Shown: positions 1 to 10,908, counted from the stretch's first letter. The stretch: DNA of 64,000 bases from an uncultured Alphaproteobacteria bacterium (GCA_963822165.1 CAWGGK010000011.1:29113-93112); one strand, 5' to 3'. Numbers and translations are program-made. Notes: a model not told the origin generated them from the sequence alone.

Positions 1-45
1 CAAGACCTGATGGCATGCGGTCCGTCGCGAAGACGTACAGTTACG

Positions 46-363
46 TTATCGCGCGCCCTTGAGGCTCAGGATGTAAGCCACGATGTCATCGCTCTGGGCG
101 GGCGACAACATGACGTTGGGCATGCTGGGATGCGAGGTGCGCAGGAACACCGAGAGCGACAGGGCAGTTGCCGACTGCATGCGCGCGACCTCCGCGAGCG
201 CCGGAGCCCGGCCGCGCGCGCCTTGGCCCGAAGGCCCCACGTCATGACAATCCGAGCACCATTGGGTGGCCAACTCACGACCGGTTGCGGGATTGCCGAC
301 GTCCTGCGCCGCGGCGGGGCCCGCAATCGAGAACAATCCGAGAAGTATGATCAGCCGATACAT
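46..363 (-). CDS. Periplasmic monoheme c-type cytochrome
   Basis: 3' part of ORF 46..849. ATG at 363 has a GGAGG RBS, followed by signal peptide MYRLIILLGLFSIAGPAAAQ, a CSDCH heme-binding motif and a distal Met in HPSMP. Confidence 0.85.
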   Translation of the reverse strand: MYRLIILLGLFSIAGPAAAQDVGNPATGRELATQWCSDCHDVGPSGQGARGRAPALAEVARMQSATALSLSVFLRTSHPSMPNVMLSPAQSDDIVAYILSLKGAR

Positions 364-398
364 GACGCCTCCAAGAGTGTCCCTGCCGCGATGTGAGG

Positions 399-1349
399 TC
401 AGCCTGACGGAATTCGAGCCTTGTTCTGGGCGAGCCAGGCATCGAAGGATAGCAGGTCCGGATTGAGCGCGCGCGAGAGCGCGACGTCTCGGCTTTTGCA
501 GAATTCCTCGTTGAAGAGCGCCTGGAAGTGGAACATGTTCCCGAGGTCGTCGGCTCCCGGGAAGCCAAGGGCGCGATAGTCGTCGAACGGCATATCGTAG
601 AACCCGACCTTCTGTCCGAGCGCCTTGCTGAAGCCGGCAGCCATTTCCGGGCCGCTCAGCGTCTCGCCGGCAATGCCGATCCGTTGACCGGCCGTCTCGG
701 CGCCACGCTTGAAGACGCCATAGGCGCAGCGGCCGATGTCCTCCGCGGCAATACCGGGCAGCTTGCCGCCACCGAGCGGCAGGACGAGGACCAGTTCGCC
801 GTCCTGACCCTTGCGCGGACCCATTCCGAAATAGATGAAGTTCTCCCAATAGAAGGCTGCCAGCAGATAGGTCGTCGGCGTGCCGGCGTCTGCGAACAGC
901 CGGTCCGCTTCGGCCTTCGCATCGAAGTGCGGCACCTTGTACTTGCCCATCAAGGTGGGTAGCCGGGTGTCGCTCAGGGGCACGCGCGTGCGGCTATCCT
1001 CCAGCGTGGACCAGATGACGTGGGAAGCGCCTGCCCTCTTGGCGGCGTTCGCCATCGCGCCGGCCTGGACGATTTCCCGCTCGGGCGAGAAATGCTCCCA
1101 GAAGTTCGTCACGCAGAATACGCCGTGCGATCCCGCGAAAGCGCGATCGAGGCTGCCGGGATCGTCCGCGTCACCGGCTACGACCTCGGCCCCGGCCGCG
1201 GCGAGCGCCTGGGCCTTATCCGAGGCGGGATTTCGCGTCACTGCGCGAAGCCTGAATGGCCCATTGGCATCCGCCAGAATGGCGCGCGCAAGGCCGCCTC
1301 CCTGGGCACCGGTTGCACCAATGACAGTGATGAGCTTCTGCTCCGGCAT
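399..1349 (-). CDS. NmrA/HSCARG family NAD(P)-binding protein
   Basis: N-terminal Rossmann motif VIGATGAQGG, plus VTNFWE and VPHFDAK motifs typical of the family; 316 aa. Confidence 0.9.
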   Translation of the reverse strand: MPEQKLITVIGATGAQGGGLARAILADANGPFRLRAVTRNPASDKAQALAAAGAEVVAGDADDPGSLDRAFAGSHGVFCVTNFWEHFSPEREIVQAGAMANAAKRAGASHVIWSTLEDSRTRVPLSDTRLPTLMGKYKVPHFDAKAEADRLFADAGTPTTYLLAAFYWENFIYFGMGPRKGQDGELVLVLPLGGGKLPGIAAEDIGRCAYGVFKRGAETAGQRIGIAGETLSGPEMAAGFSKALGQKVGFYDMPFDDYRALGFPGADDLGNMFHFQALFNEEFCKSRDVALSRALNPDLLSFDAWLAQNKARIPSG

Positions 1350-1574
1350 TCGGCAGTCTCCCGTGTCTTGCGTCGATCAAGGTCTGACTGGGCAACCACT
1401 TTGATATGGAAGACGACACCAATCGCTGTGCCAAACGGCGGCCGACTACGTGCCTACCTCCGCAGGTTGTATCTCGATATGAACACGTTGGGCCTTCGAT
1501 TGACAACCATGCGCCCAGAGAGGATCGGGTGCATCCGTCCGCAGCGCTATCAGCACTGCCTCCGCGTCTTGTCA

Positions 1575-2546
1575 TCAGAACTCATAGCGAAGGGACGCCC
1601 AGCGCCGGCCCGTTTCACGTCCGCCGGCCAAATGGCCTTCCGGCGCAAAGAGGTAAGGCGGCCGGGGTGGACCCGACTTCACGAGGCCGGACCCTTCCAG
1701 CCGGGCATGGGCGATCGGTATGTTGTAATCGACGAAATTCTCCAGTTTTCCGCCAGGAAACATCGGCGCCTGCGCCCACGCCATGCGTTCGCAGATCCTG
1801 TCCGCCAGCGTCCAATCCCTTGCCTCGATAGCGCGCGCGAGAGCGGCAAGCGGCTCCGTTCCGTCCGCCGCGTTCCCCGTCCAGCACGCAAGCGCGTCAT
1901 CGGGAAACTGCCGCGCGAACGCCGCCCAATTCGCGTCGATCGGCAGCACACGCATGCGTCCATCGACGGCTTTCAGATCGTCCGCCATCGCAGGGCCGCC
2001 AATGTGCTTCGTGGCTATGATCTCGCGGATCCGGCTCAGCGCCGAATAGGCGTCCGTGGAAATTTTGCCTTTGAATGCGAGATGGTTGTCGTAGACGATC
2101 GTCGGCACGCCGGGCAGCGCCTCGGCAATGTCCTGGTAGTAGCGGATGATGCCCGGTGCATCGAGTGCCATCCACATCGGCCGACCCAGAAACAACCCGT
2201 CCGCTCCGAGCCGCATCAACCCGCGTGCGCGCATGATCGTGTCGCGCGTATTGAGGGTCGTCACTCCGGCAAAAAGCAAGCCGCGTCCATCCAGGGTATT
2301 GGCCACGCAGGCCGTGAAATCCTGATGCTCCTGCCAGGTCAGCGTCGCGCCTTCGCCAAAGCTGCCGTTCGTCATCAGGATCTTCACGCCGCCGTCGACG
2401 ATCCTCGACACCATCCGGGCCGTCTCTTCGAGATCGACTGAATTTTCGCAGGACCAGTGGTCGGCGTCGGGCGTGGCCGGCGTTGGAATGATTCCGACGA
2501 TTCCCCTGATATCGTCGGGGGACAGCTTCATCGCGGGCGAGGCCAT
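1575..2546 (-). CDS. DHDPS/NAL-family hydratase-aldolase, NahE/PhdJ-like
   Basis: IIPTPATPDA..VDLEETAR..NGSFGEGATLTW..LGRPMW..GPPRPPY follows the NahE/PhdJ subfamily pattern; ATG at 2546 is preceded by GGAG. Confidence 0.8.
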   Translation of the reverse strand: MASPAMKLSPDDIRGIVGIIPTPATPDADHWSCENSVDLEETARMVSRIVDGGVKILMTNGSFGEGATLTWQEHQDFTACVANTLDGRGLLFAGVTTLNTRDTIMRARGLMRLGADGLFLGRPMWMALDAPGIIRYYQDIAEALPGVPTIVYDNHLAFKGKISTDAYSALSRIREIIATKHIGGPAMADDLKAVDGRMRVLPIDANWAAFARQFPDDALACWTGNAADGTEPLAALARAIEARDWTLADRICERMAWAQAPMFPGGKLENFVDYNIPIAHARLEGSGLVKSGPPRPPYLFAPEGHLAGGRETGRRWASLRYEF

Positions 2547-2844
2547 GGTCACTCCAGGGTCGGGCCGATCAGCCACTGTGATCGGCTCACGATACGCTAT
2601 GCTCGGAATGCGTCGAGTTCCAAGCTGGCTGGTTTCAACTTCCGGAATAGCTTGCGTCGAAGGAGAGATCTTTCGGATAGCTATACTTTGTACGATTGTG
2701 GCAGGATCGAAATTTTTTACAACGACGTGGACCGAATCTGGCATTAACGCTAAATGGAGCGTCTTCGCTTCCCATGTGCTTCTTTCACCTTCGGGAGTTG
2801 TGGCGCGCAATTCGCTAATATAGTCTCCCCCGGTGGAGGTCCAG

Positions 2845-3330
2845 ATGGCATCATTACTCGATTTTTGCAGCGACATGCCATTGAGCATCGTTGAGCCGGG
2901 CACTGAACTTCTGACGGAAGGAAAGCGTACGGGCCGCCTCCTCGTTCTCGCCAAGGGCAAGATCGAGATTCTACGCGGCGCGACGCATGTAACCCTCTTG
3001 AACGAGCCAGGCTCGGTTCTCGGCGAAATGTCCATTATGCTGGACGAGCCGCACACCGCGACGGCAAAGGCCGTCGGACCGGTCGAGATCTATGTGATCG
3101 AGGACGGCGAGACTTTTCTGAAGGAGAACCCCGGCGCGGGCTTTCTTATGATGCGGACCCTGGCCAAGCGGCTCAACTCCGCCACGACGTATCTGGTCGA
3201 CCTCAAGCGCCAGTTCGCCGGACAGAATAATCACCTCGAGATGGTCGGCGAAGTCCTGGAAAGCCTGATCTTTCAGCAGCAGCGTCGCGAACTCAAGCCA
3301 GGCTCGGATCGCGACCCACGCTTGCCATGA
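2845..3330 (+). CDS. Stand-alone cyclic-nucleotide-binding domain protein
   Basis: LLTEG..LLVLAKGKIEI..PGSVLGEMSIMLDEPHTATAKA is a cNMP-binding signature; no C-terminal HTH is evident; GGAGG RBS. Confidence 0.85.
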   Translation: MASLLDFCSDMPLSIVEPGTELLTEGKRTGRLLVLAKGKIEILRGATHVTLLNEPGSVLGEMSIMLDEPHTATAKAVGPVEIYVIEDGETFLKENPGAGFLMMRTLAKRLNSATTYLVDLKRQFAGQNNHLEMVGEVLESLIFQQQRRELKPGSDRDPRLP

Positions 3331-4096
3331 ACCATTCTGGCAAGGCGGTGAGCGGAGGAATGGGCCGCTCGATCTCCTGATTGAGCTTCACCGTCTGCGC
3401 GCCCATGGCCGATATCCAAAGAGCTTCCCCAGCATCCGTGTCGAACACGACGTGTGCAGGCGGCGCTCCATACTGGTGTCCGGGGTTGAAGACCCAGGTA
3501 TTTCCGATCTTGTCCGCCCAGGTGCCGTTCCTGATAAACGGTGACTGATGGACGTGCCCCGACAAAACGATGTCGGGATTGTAGGTCGCGATCCACGAAT
3601 TGAGTTCGGGGTCACCCATCGAGCGCGTGCCGGTCCAACTCGTGGGCGAGGATTGCGGCGGCGAATGATTGGCCCAAACCCAGCGCGCCGGCCGCCGGAG
3701 CGAATCCTTCGCCAACTGAGTTGCCAAAGCATTCTGCGTCTGCGGCCCGTCCCACCACGGGCACACAGTAAAGAGAGTATCGCCGACCAAAACGCTTCCA
3801 CCGTCGACGACAACACCGTCTCCGTGGAGGTCGGTCAGCCACGCCGCAACTTTTTCGCCTTCGCTTCCGAGCGAATTGAGATCGTGGTTTCCCGAGCACA
3901 GGACGAGCTTGGTCCGTGCCGAAATTCGCCGGACGTATTTCTGGGCGACCGTGATTTGTGCGTCGAAGTCCACCCGTGACCCCAGGTCCAGGACGTCGCC
4001 ACCGAGTACGACAACTTCGAAACGTGGCGAAATCTCCGCCAGCCAGTCAAGTTGCGGCAATGAATAGTGCAAATCGGCAACGTGCAAGAATTGCAT
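3293..4096 (-). CDS. Calcineurin-like metallophosphoesterase
   Basis: All five motifs are present: ADLH, GGDVLD, GNHD, NHSPP, GHVH. Confidence 0.9.
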   Translation of the reverse strand: MQFLHVADLHYSLPQLDWLAEISPRFEVVVLGGDVLDLGSRVDFDAQITVAQKYVRRISARTKLVLCSGNHDLNSLGSEGEKVAAWLTDLHGDGVVVDGGSVLVGDTLFTVCPWWDGPQTQNALATQLAKDSLRRPARWVWANHSPPQSSPTSWTGTRSMGDPELNSWIATYNPDIVLSGHVHQSPFIRNGTWADKIGNTWVFNPGHQYGAPPAHVVFDTDAGEALWISAMGAQTVKLNQEIERPIPPLTALPEWFMASVGRDPSLA

Positions 4097-4703
4097 ACAG
4101 CTTCCCCAAGTTGCAGGACTGTAGGTGGAGCCGCACGGGATGAACCACCGGAAAGTTGGATGAACGTGAGGCGCGGATGATGAAAAATCAGCCAAGTGGT
4201 GGCTAGAGGCTTGCAATGTTCGCGCCAGACACGAAAAAGCCGCCAGAGGCTTCCCTCGGCGGCTTCCCATGTGCGACCCGGTCAATCACCTCGCCATTAC
4301 ATCCGTGGTCGGACGAAAGGCCGGGGAAGCACACCCGCACGGCAGAGCCGGGATGTGCAGCACGAAATCCTTATTGCAGGCATTAGTGTTCAAACTAAGG
4401 CAAGGTTGCAGCTCGATGGACACCACGCGTGGAGCGGACCGGTCGGGAAGGCTGTCAGCCAATTCGCGCCCAGCTAAACCTGACAATCGTGCCGTGCCGC
4501 GTCGCGCAGAAGAGACGTATGCGATCCAGCCCTTGCTTGCCCGCTCGCAACTGGACGGTGGAGTTCATCGGCTGTCGCCTGTGCATGTGAGCCAGTGCGG
4601 CATAGCGGCCCTGCACTCACAATACGGATATGGCCAGACCGCATCAAAGGCCTGTACTCCTAGTGCAGCTTCGATCGCACAACATCTGGCGCAAGGATTG
4701 CCC

Positions 4704-5747
4704 ATGACGAACAACGCCGCGCCCCTGACGATCCTGATCGCCTCCCCGCTCGAAGACGAGCACGTTGCGCGTATCCGCGCGTTCGCGCCCGGGCAGTTCA
4801 ACGTGATCCATGAGCCCGAGTTGGTCGGCATTCCCCGTTATGTCGCCGACCATGTCGGAATACCCCGTACGCTCACGACTGAGCAGCGCGAACGCTGGGC
4901 GACCCATCTGCGCACGGCGGACATCCTTTTCGATTTCGATCGCGGCGGAGCGGCAGAGCTGCCAGTTACAGCCCCTCGCCTGCGCTGGGTTCAGGCCACC
5001 AGCTCCGGCATCGGCGAGTTCCTGAAGCGAACCGGCCTGGACAAGTCCGCTATCGTGTTCACGACGGCGGCTGGAGTTCATTCGCGGCCCCTGACGGAAT
5101 TCACGCTCCTTGGGCTGCTCTATTTCTTCCGCGACGTGCCCCAGCTCGAAGACATGAAGAGCCGGAAGCATTGGGAGCGCTACACCGTCGAAGGGCTCGA
5201 TGGTAAGCGCGTGCTCGTCGTCGGGCTTGGTGCGGTGGGGCGCGAGGTCGCTCGACAATGCGCATCGTTCGGGATGGACGTCTGGGGCACGCGGCGACGC
5301 CCGGGTGGGGAACTGCCCGATGGCGTGACGCGGTGGGTGGACCAGGGCGAAATTCGAAGCGCCCTGCCGGACGTCGATGCGCTCGTCCTGGCCTGCCCTC
5401 TGACGCCGGAAACCAAATTGCTGATCGGCGCTCGCGAAGTTGCGGCTCTCAAAAACGGGGCGGTCCTCGTCAATATCGCGCGCGGCGGCGTGATCGATGA
5501 GCCCGCCCTTATCGCCGCGCTCACGAACGGACACTTGAAGGGCGCAGCCCTCGACGTCTTCGCCACGGAGCCCCTGCCCCAGGACAATCCGCTCTGGACC
5601 CTGCCAAACGTGATTTTCTCGCCCCATTCAGCGAGCACCGTTCATGCGGAGAACAGTCGGATTGTCGACCTCTTCCTCGATAACCTGGCGCGCTATCGCG
5701 ATGGAAAGCCGCTGCGTAATCTGTTTGAGCGGGACCGGGGCTACTGA
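4704..5747 (+). CDS. D-2-hydroxyacid dehydrogenase
   Basis: VGLGAVG Rossmann motif, [14 protein letters not shown] and SPHSA; start placed at MTNNAAP. Confidence 0.9.
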   Translation: MTNNAAPLTILIASPLEDEHVARIRAFAPGQFNVIHEPELVGIPRYVADHVGIPRTLTTEQRERWATHLRTADILFDFDRGGAAELPVTAPRLRWVQATSSGIGEFLKRTGLDKSAIVFTTAAGVHSRPLTEFTLLGLLYFFRDVPQLEDMKSRKHWERYTVEGLDGKRVLVVGLGAVGREVARQCASFGMDVWGTRRRPGGELPDGVTRWVDQGEIRSALPDVDALVLACPLTPETKLLIGAREVAALKNGAVLVNIARGGVIDEPALIAALTNGHLKGAALDVFATEPLPQDNPLWTLPNVIFSPHSASTVHAENSRIVDLFLDNLARYRDGKPLRNLFERDRGY

Positions 5748-5817
5748 TCGAAGCCGCAACTCTCGGCTCCTGATAATCACCTACGAAATCTCACGGCAGA
5801 ACACCGAGGACACGCTC

Positions 5818-7089
5818 ATGACAGGCAAGCCAGCATCTTCGGCCCCGGCAGTGCCCTTTCCGGTCGAGTTCGTCCGCGATCAGTTTCCGGCGCTCGAACA
5901 AGCTGGCGATTTCATCTTCTTCGACAATGCGGCAGGCGCGCAGATCCCGCGCATGGTTCTCGATGCCGTGATCCACCACCTCGTGGATCATAATGTCCAG
6001 CGCGGCGGCCCCTATGCCAAGAGCCGCGCTGTCGACCTTGCTGTAGCCGAAGCAAGAGCAACGGTAGGGCTCCTGATCAATGCCTACCAACCGGACGAGA
6101 TCTCATTTGGCCTGAATGCGACGTCGTTCATTCGGCTCGTCAGCCTTGGCATTGGCCAGAATTTGTCGGTGCGTAACGAGATCATCGTGACTGACATGGA
6201 CCACGACGCCAATATCGCGACGTGGTCGGCGTTGGAACCGATGGGAGCCGAAATTCGCGTCTGGAAAATGCGCGCAGACGGCAGGCTCAATGTCGACGAT
6301 CTCGCACCTTTGCTGTCCGAACGAACACGGCTCGTGGCCTGTGCGGCGGCAGCGCATGCGATCGGGACACTGGTCGATATTGCCGCTGTATCCCGGCTCG
6401 CTCACGAAGCCGGCGCCGAGGTTTTCGTCGACTGTGTCCATTATACGCCGCACGCGGCCGTCGACGTGAGAAAGTGGGATTGCGACTACCTCGTCTGCTC
6501 GGGCTATAAGGTCTTTGCCCCGCATATGGGCTTCTTGTGGGGACGGTACGAGGCGCTGCAGCGTCTGCCGACCTTCCGCGAAGGTTTTATCCCTGACCGT
6601 CCTCCCTACAAGATCGAGGCCGGCACGTTCGTCTACGAGAACGTGGCCGGCATGGACGCTGCGGTGCGGTACCTCGAAGGTCTTGGGCGGCATATCGGCG
6701 GCGGCAATGGCGATGACAGGCGCGCCGATATCGTCGCGGCCATGGACGCGATCCGGGCGCGGGAACAGGTTCTCGCGCACAAGCTGCTGGCGACCCTTCA
6801 CGATGCGGGGGCGACGATCTACGGCATTGCCGATTTAGAAGCGGTTGCCGATCGCGTTCCCACGGTGTGCTTCAATTTCCCCGGCAAACACCCCGCCCTC
6901 GTCGCCGACGCGATGGGAAGGGCTCAGATCGGCATCCGCGACGGACACATGTATGCGCCTCGCCTTATGGGGCGGCTGGGTCTCAGCATGGATCGGGGGG
7001 CGATCCGGGTTTCCCTTGTCCATTACAATACCGAAGCGGAAATAGAGCGCTTCGCCGAAGCATTGCCGGCCGTGCTGGCGCAAGCCTAG
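5818..7089 (+). CDS. Class V PLP enzyme, cysteine-desulfurase-like (Cys-less subfamily)
   Basis: [26 protein letters not shown] (PLP lysine) and [10 protein letters not shown]; GAGGA RBS. Confidence 0.88.
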   Translation: MTGKPASSAPAVPFPVEFVRDQFPALEQAGDFIFFDNAAGAQIPRMVLDAVIHHLVDHNVQRGGPYAKSRAVDLAVAEARATVGLLINAYQPDEISFGLNATSFIRLVSLGIGQNLSVRNEIIVTDMDHDANIATWSALEPMGAEIRVWKMRADGRLNVDDLAPLLSERTRLVACAAAAHAIGTLVDIAAVSRLAHEAGAEVFVDCVHYTPHAAVDVRKWDCDYLVCSGYKVFAPHMGFLWGRYEALQRLPTFREGFIPDRPPYKIEAGTFVYENVAGMDAAVRYLEGLGRHIGGGNGDDRRADIVAAMDAIRAREQVLAHKLLATLHDAGATIYGIADLEAVADRVPTVCFNFPGKHPALVADAMGRAQIGIRDGHMYAPRLMGRLGLSMDRGAIRVSLVHYNTEAEIERFAEALPAVLAQA

Positions 7090-7137
7090 CCCCAACTGGG
7101 GACCGGCTCCGTCAATTATCCAGAAAATCATTCTTGG

Positions 7138-7154
7138 TTTATTCGCGATTAACC
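7138..7154. promoter_or_regulatory. Possible CtrA-type site (one mismatch)
   Basis: TTTA-ttcgcga-TTAACC compared with the consensus TTAA-N7-TTAA(C); near-palindromic; lies upstream of the DUF2778-like gene. Confidence 0.4.
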
Positions 7155-7311
7155 AAGCGCACGCATGATCGGCTCCACATCGACGTGGTGGCTTCCGACC
7201 GTCCTACCTGCGGGGAACCACTGGTCCGGCTCAGTTCCAATCAGCCGGCCAGCTAGGTGATCCCAGGGTGTTTCGCGGCAGGAAGCAGGTGGCGTAGCCG
7301 AGAGTTTGCGT

Positions 7312-8383
7312 ATGAGTGATAGAACCGCAGGAACAGCCCGCATACTATTGCGGTATCGCAGGCATCGGCAGCTACGCGCCATTCGGCGGCTCACGGTGTC
7401 CTCTCTCACCCTAACGTTCGCCCTTTGGTGCGGCTGGTCGGCATGGGAATGGCGGTCATCGCCAACCGAGCGTCCCGACACAGTCGCTTCGTCGCCCGTG
7501 CCGCCGGCCGAGGCCGTCCCGGCAGGGTCCTATGTCGCATTGCTCGATCCGGGCTTTGCCATTGGCGCTGCGCCGGTACCTCTGCACCAAAGTTCGCCCT
7601 TGAGCGCGGAATGGCGGCCAGCTGTGACCGCATCCGCTGCTTTGTCCGAGCCTCAGATCCGCATTGCCGAACTCGATGGCGTACCGGCAGTCGCGGCACC
7701 TTTGGAATGGCCAGCGTTGGCAGAGGCGACGCCAGTCACTACGCCCCGTGCTGTGGAGGCACAGCAGGCTCCCAAGCTCACCGAGAGGCCCCGAGTTCGC
7801 GGACGCCGCGGTCTCGCGACGCCCTGCCCGGATAGCGGCTTCGGCTCTGGCCGTGCCGCAGGACAACAGGTCATTCCTGGAAAAGATCTTCGGACAACAG
7901 CAACCAGCCACCCCGGCCCTCGCCTATGCCGCTCCGCAGGACGCCATCATCGACAATGCCCGGGGCCAGCGACTGAGCCCTACGCCCAAGCTTGATGGGG
8001 CTCAGTTGGCGGCCGTCTACGACATCACTTCGCAAACAGTCTACATGCCGAACGGCGAGAAGCTGGAAGCTCATTCCGGACTTGGTGATCGATTGGACGA
8101 CCCGCGTTTCGTCCACGAACGGATGCGTGGAGCAACGCCGCCGCACGTCTATGACCTCACGTTGAGGGAGTCGCTGTTCCACGGCGTGCGGGCGATCCGC
8201 CTCAACCCGGTGGGCGGCAGCGCCGCGATCCATGGCCGCGACGGCCTGCTCGCGCATACCTTCATGCTCGGCCCCAAGGGCGATTCCAACGGATGCATCT
8301 CCATCCGCAACTACGATAAGTTCCTGCAGGCCTATCTCAGGGGCGAAGTGAAGCGCTTGATCGTGGTCGCCAAAATGAGCTGA
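7312..8383 (+). CDS. DUF2778/Tlde1 (L,D-transpeptidase-like) domain protein, frameshifted near 7.8 kb
   Basis: Joins ORFs 7306..7995 (N-terminal hydrophobic segment) and 7664..8383 (LEAHSGLG..RGATPP..FHGVRAIRL..GRDGLLAHTFML..SNGCIS, a His/Cys catalytic pattern). Start uncertain. Confidence 0.75.
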
Positions 8384-8445
8384 GCTTGCCGCCGACGTCA
8401 TGCCGCCGCGAACGGGCTAGCCTCCCTTCCTTTGGCTTTGCCTCT

Positions 8446-9255
8446 TCAGTCGTCCCAGGCCGGAGACTTCGCGGGATTGATGCGGCGATAGTTCCGATCG
8501 AGCTTGGAGATCGCAGCCATGTCGTCCCGGTCGAGGACGACGCGCTGCGCCTGCCAGTTGCCCCGCAGATTGCCATCGCTCGAGGACGCGGGTATCACGA
8601 CGTGCCCTTCCGCCATCAGGAAGGCGAGAGCGACAGCGGACGCCGGGACACCGTGCTTTTCGCCGATGCGCTGCAGCAAGGGATCCGACGCGACCTCGCC
8701 CTTGCACAGCGGTTGGTACGCGGTGAGCGTGAGCCCGATCGATCGAGCGTAGGACACGAGCTTCGGCGACTGCAGGTAGGGGTGAATTTCGACCTGGTTC
8801 GTTGCGATCGCGCCCGGTCCGAGCAACTGCTCAGCCCGCTTCAGATGCGCGATTGGAAAGTTCGAGACGCCGATGAGGCGGGCGTGACCGCGACGTTGCG
8901 CATCGGCAAGCGCGAGGACGTAATCCTCAAGGGGTACGGCATCGTTTTGGCTCGGCCAGTGGATCAAGAGCAGGTCGACCGGACCCAGCCCGATCGTCTC
9001 GATGCTGCGCTCGACGCTGTCCATGAACTGCGACTTGTCCAGGCGCGTATCGGCCACTTTGGTGGTGATGAAAAGGTCCGCGCGCGGTAGCCCGCTCCGC
9101 CGCGCGGCCTCACCGACCCGGCTTTCGGTGTCGTAGCTCTGCGCCGTGTCGAGATGGCGGTAGCCGATCTCGAGCGCGTTCAGGATGGCGGCCGTTCCGG
9201 CATCGCCCGTGCGACCATAGGTTCCCAGCCCGAGCTTCGGGATTGCGTCGGTCAT
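8446..9255 (-). CDS. Aldo/keto reductase (DkgB-like)
   Basis: GLGT, GYRHLDTAQSY, FITTK, DLLLIHWP, IGVSNF and NQVEIHPY motifs. Confidence 0.92.
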   Translation of the reverse strand: MTDAIPKLGLGTYGRTGDAGTAAILNALEIGYRHLDTAQSYDTESRVGEAARRSGLPRADLFITTKVADTRLDKSQFMDSVERSIETIGLGPVDLLLIHWPSQNDAVPLEDYVLALADAQRRGHARLIGVSNFPIAHLKRAEQLLGPGAIATNQVEIHPYLQSPKLVSYARSIGLTLTAYQPLCKGEVASDPLLQRIGEKHGVPASAVALAFLMAEGHVVIPASSSDGNLRGNWQAQRVVLDRDDMAAISKLDRNYRRINPAKSPAWDD

Positions 9256-9542
9256 GTCTGAATTATCCCTTTGTGGCGCCTGCGGTGAGACCGCCGACGA
9301 ACAGCGACGCCCGGCGCGGTGGGTGCGAGGAGGTGCCCGTCTGCAAAGAAGAGCGTTTCGCTCACCAGTTCCTTGCGCCAGGGAACATCGACGCAGACAT
9401 TCTCGAAGACCGAGAAGCTTGGAATCGCCAGAGCGGTGTGCAGGGTCATCGCGTTCATGACCGGGCCCACAGGATGATGCGGTGCGACAGGGATCAGGTG
9501 CAGAACGTCGGCGACGAAGGTTTCCAGGCGCGTGACCTTCAT
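9252..9542 (-). pseudogene. Internally deleted mandelate racemase/enolase-family gene
   Basis: Typical N-terminus MKVTRLETF is joined directly to C-terminal motifs (IPVAPHH..GP..PTAPG); only 96 codons. Confidence 0.65.
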
Positions 9543-9551
9543 CGCTGAACC

Positions 9552-9986
9552 CTAGTCGCCAGCCGCCATGCGGGCGATGGCCTTGGCTTGCAGGCTATCG
9601 GGCATCATCTGCATCAGTTCGATCCGGTGGCCTTCGGGATCCTCGATCCAGGCCTGCCAGTTGCCGTCAGCGCCCATCTGCTTGCCGCGCGCCAGCGGAA
9701 CTCCGGCCGCCTCCAATTCCTGCAAGGCGACGTCGAGGTCGGCGACTTCGAGACAGAGGTGGTTGAATCCGACGGCCTCCCGCTCTGCAGCGCGTTCGCC
9801 AACACCTTCCGGGAATATCTCGAGGAACTGACTGTCAGTGATCCGCAGATACAGCAGCCACAGCCGGCCATCCCTGTCGAGCCGCATCATCTCGCGCATT
9901 CCAAGCTTGCCGACATAGAAGTCGAGGATACGCGCGACATCCTTCACCCGGATAGCCACGTGAGCGATCGACGAAACCGTCAGCAT
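9552..9986 (-). CDS. VOC/glyoxalase family protein
   Basis: HVAIRVKD..FY...LG, HLCLEVADL and DPEGHRIELMQ metal-ligand pattern. Confidence 0.9.
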   Translation of the reverse strand: MLTVSSIAHVAIRVKDVARILDFYVGKLGMREMMRLDRDGRLWLLYLRITDSQFLEIFPEGVGERAAEREAVGFNHLCLEVADLDVALQELEAAGVPLARGKQMGADGNWQAWIEDPEGHRIELMQMMPDSLQAKAIARMAAGD

Positions 9987-10038
9987 CGACCTTTCCTCCC
10001 GCCGCGCAGCAGTTCGCCTGCTTGCGCTTGCATGTTGT

Positions 10039-10052
10039 GTTCAAATATGAAC
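10039..10052. promoter_or_regulatory. Candidate IclR operator
   Basis: Imperfect palindrome GTTCAAATATGAAC in the divergent gap between the VOC gene and the IclR gene. Confidence 0.4.
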
Positions 10053-10103
10053 TGATGCTATTCAGATTTGCATCATCTTACGAACGTGCGGAATTACGAG
10101 TCA

Positions 10104-10908
10104 ATGAGAAAACCCCGGGCATCGAACCGCGGAACGGCTCCTGCCGTGGTGAGCCAGCACACAATTCCTGCAATCGATCGGATGATGGCGAGTGCTGGCG
10201 GCTCTCGAAGCCCAACGGGACGGCGCCTCGATCAAGGCGCTGACGGGCAGTCTTTCGCTGCCCCGCAGCACAGTTTACCGCACGCTCAACACACTCGAGG
10301 TGCACGGCGTCGTCCAACGGGACGCGACCGGCTGCTATCGCCTCGGCAGGCGCCTGCTGACCCTTGCCGCCCACGTCCCCACCGGAACGGCAAAGCTCGA
10401 TATCGGAGCGCTCGCGCAACCCTTCCTCGACGAGGTCGCCATCTCGGCCGGGCACAGCGTCAAGCTTTCGGTGATCGACGGCGATGGCGTTCTCGTGCTT
10501 GCAGCGGCGCAGGGTCGACGTCCCTATGCGCTCGGCGTCACGTCGGGCCAGCAGATGCCGATCAATGCCGGCGCTGCCGGAAAGCTGCTCTTCGCATTCC
10601 TGCCCGAAGACGAGCAAGCTGAATGGCTTGCACGGCCACTGCCCGCATTCACCTCGCGCACCATCACCGACCCGCGGCGCCTCAAGGCGGAGGGCGCACG
10701 AATTCGAAAGCAGGGCTGGGCTCAAGATCGCGGCGAGAGCGCGCCGAGCATCTACGCCTACGCCGCGCCGATCCGGGATCACGAGGGGACGGTGATCGCT
10801 GCCCTGAGCATCCCGTTCCTGGGCGGAACCGAGTCCGGCCGGGTCGAGGACATTCGCCTTGCAGTGATCAACACCGCGGCGCAGATCAGCAGCATCCTGC
10901 CGTCCTGA
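10104..10908 (+). CDS. IclR family transcriptional regulator (frameshift near 10190)
   Basis: TIPAIDR N-terminus in one frame; LPRSTVYRTLNTL HTH and GAAGK..GWAQD..AAPI effector domain in ORF 10192..10908. Confidence 0.88.

Noticed and set aside
4269-4703. Long N-terminal extensions in the ORF track (also 2547-3056, 10963-11142, 34497-35066, 40226-40735, 51076-51396)
   Set aside because: Internal start codons, several with a clear RBS, match the family N-termini; the extensions are open-frame run-ons.
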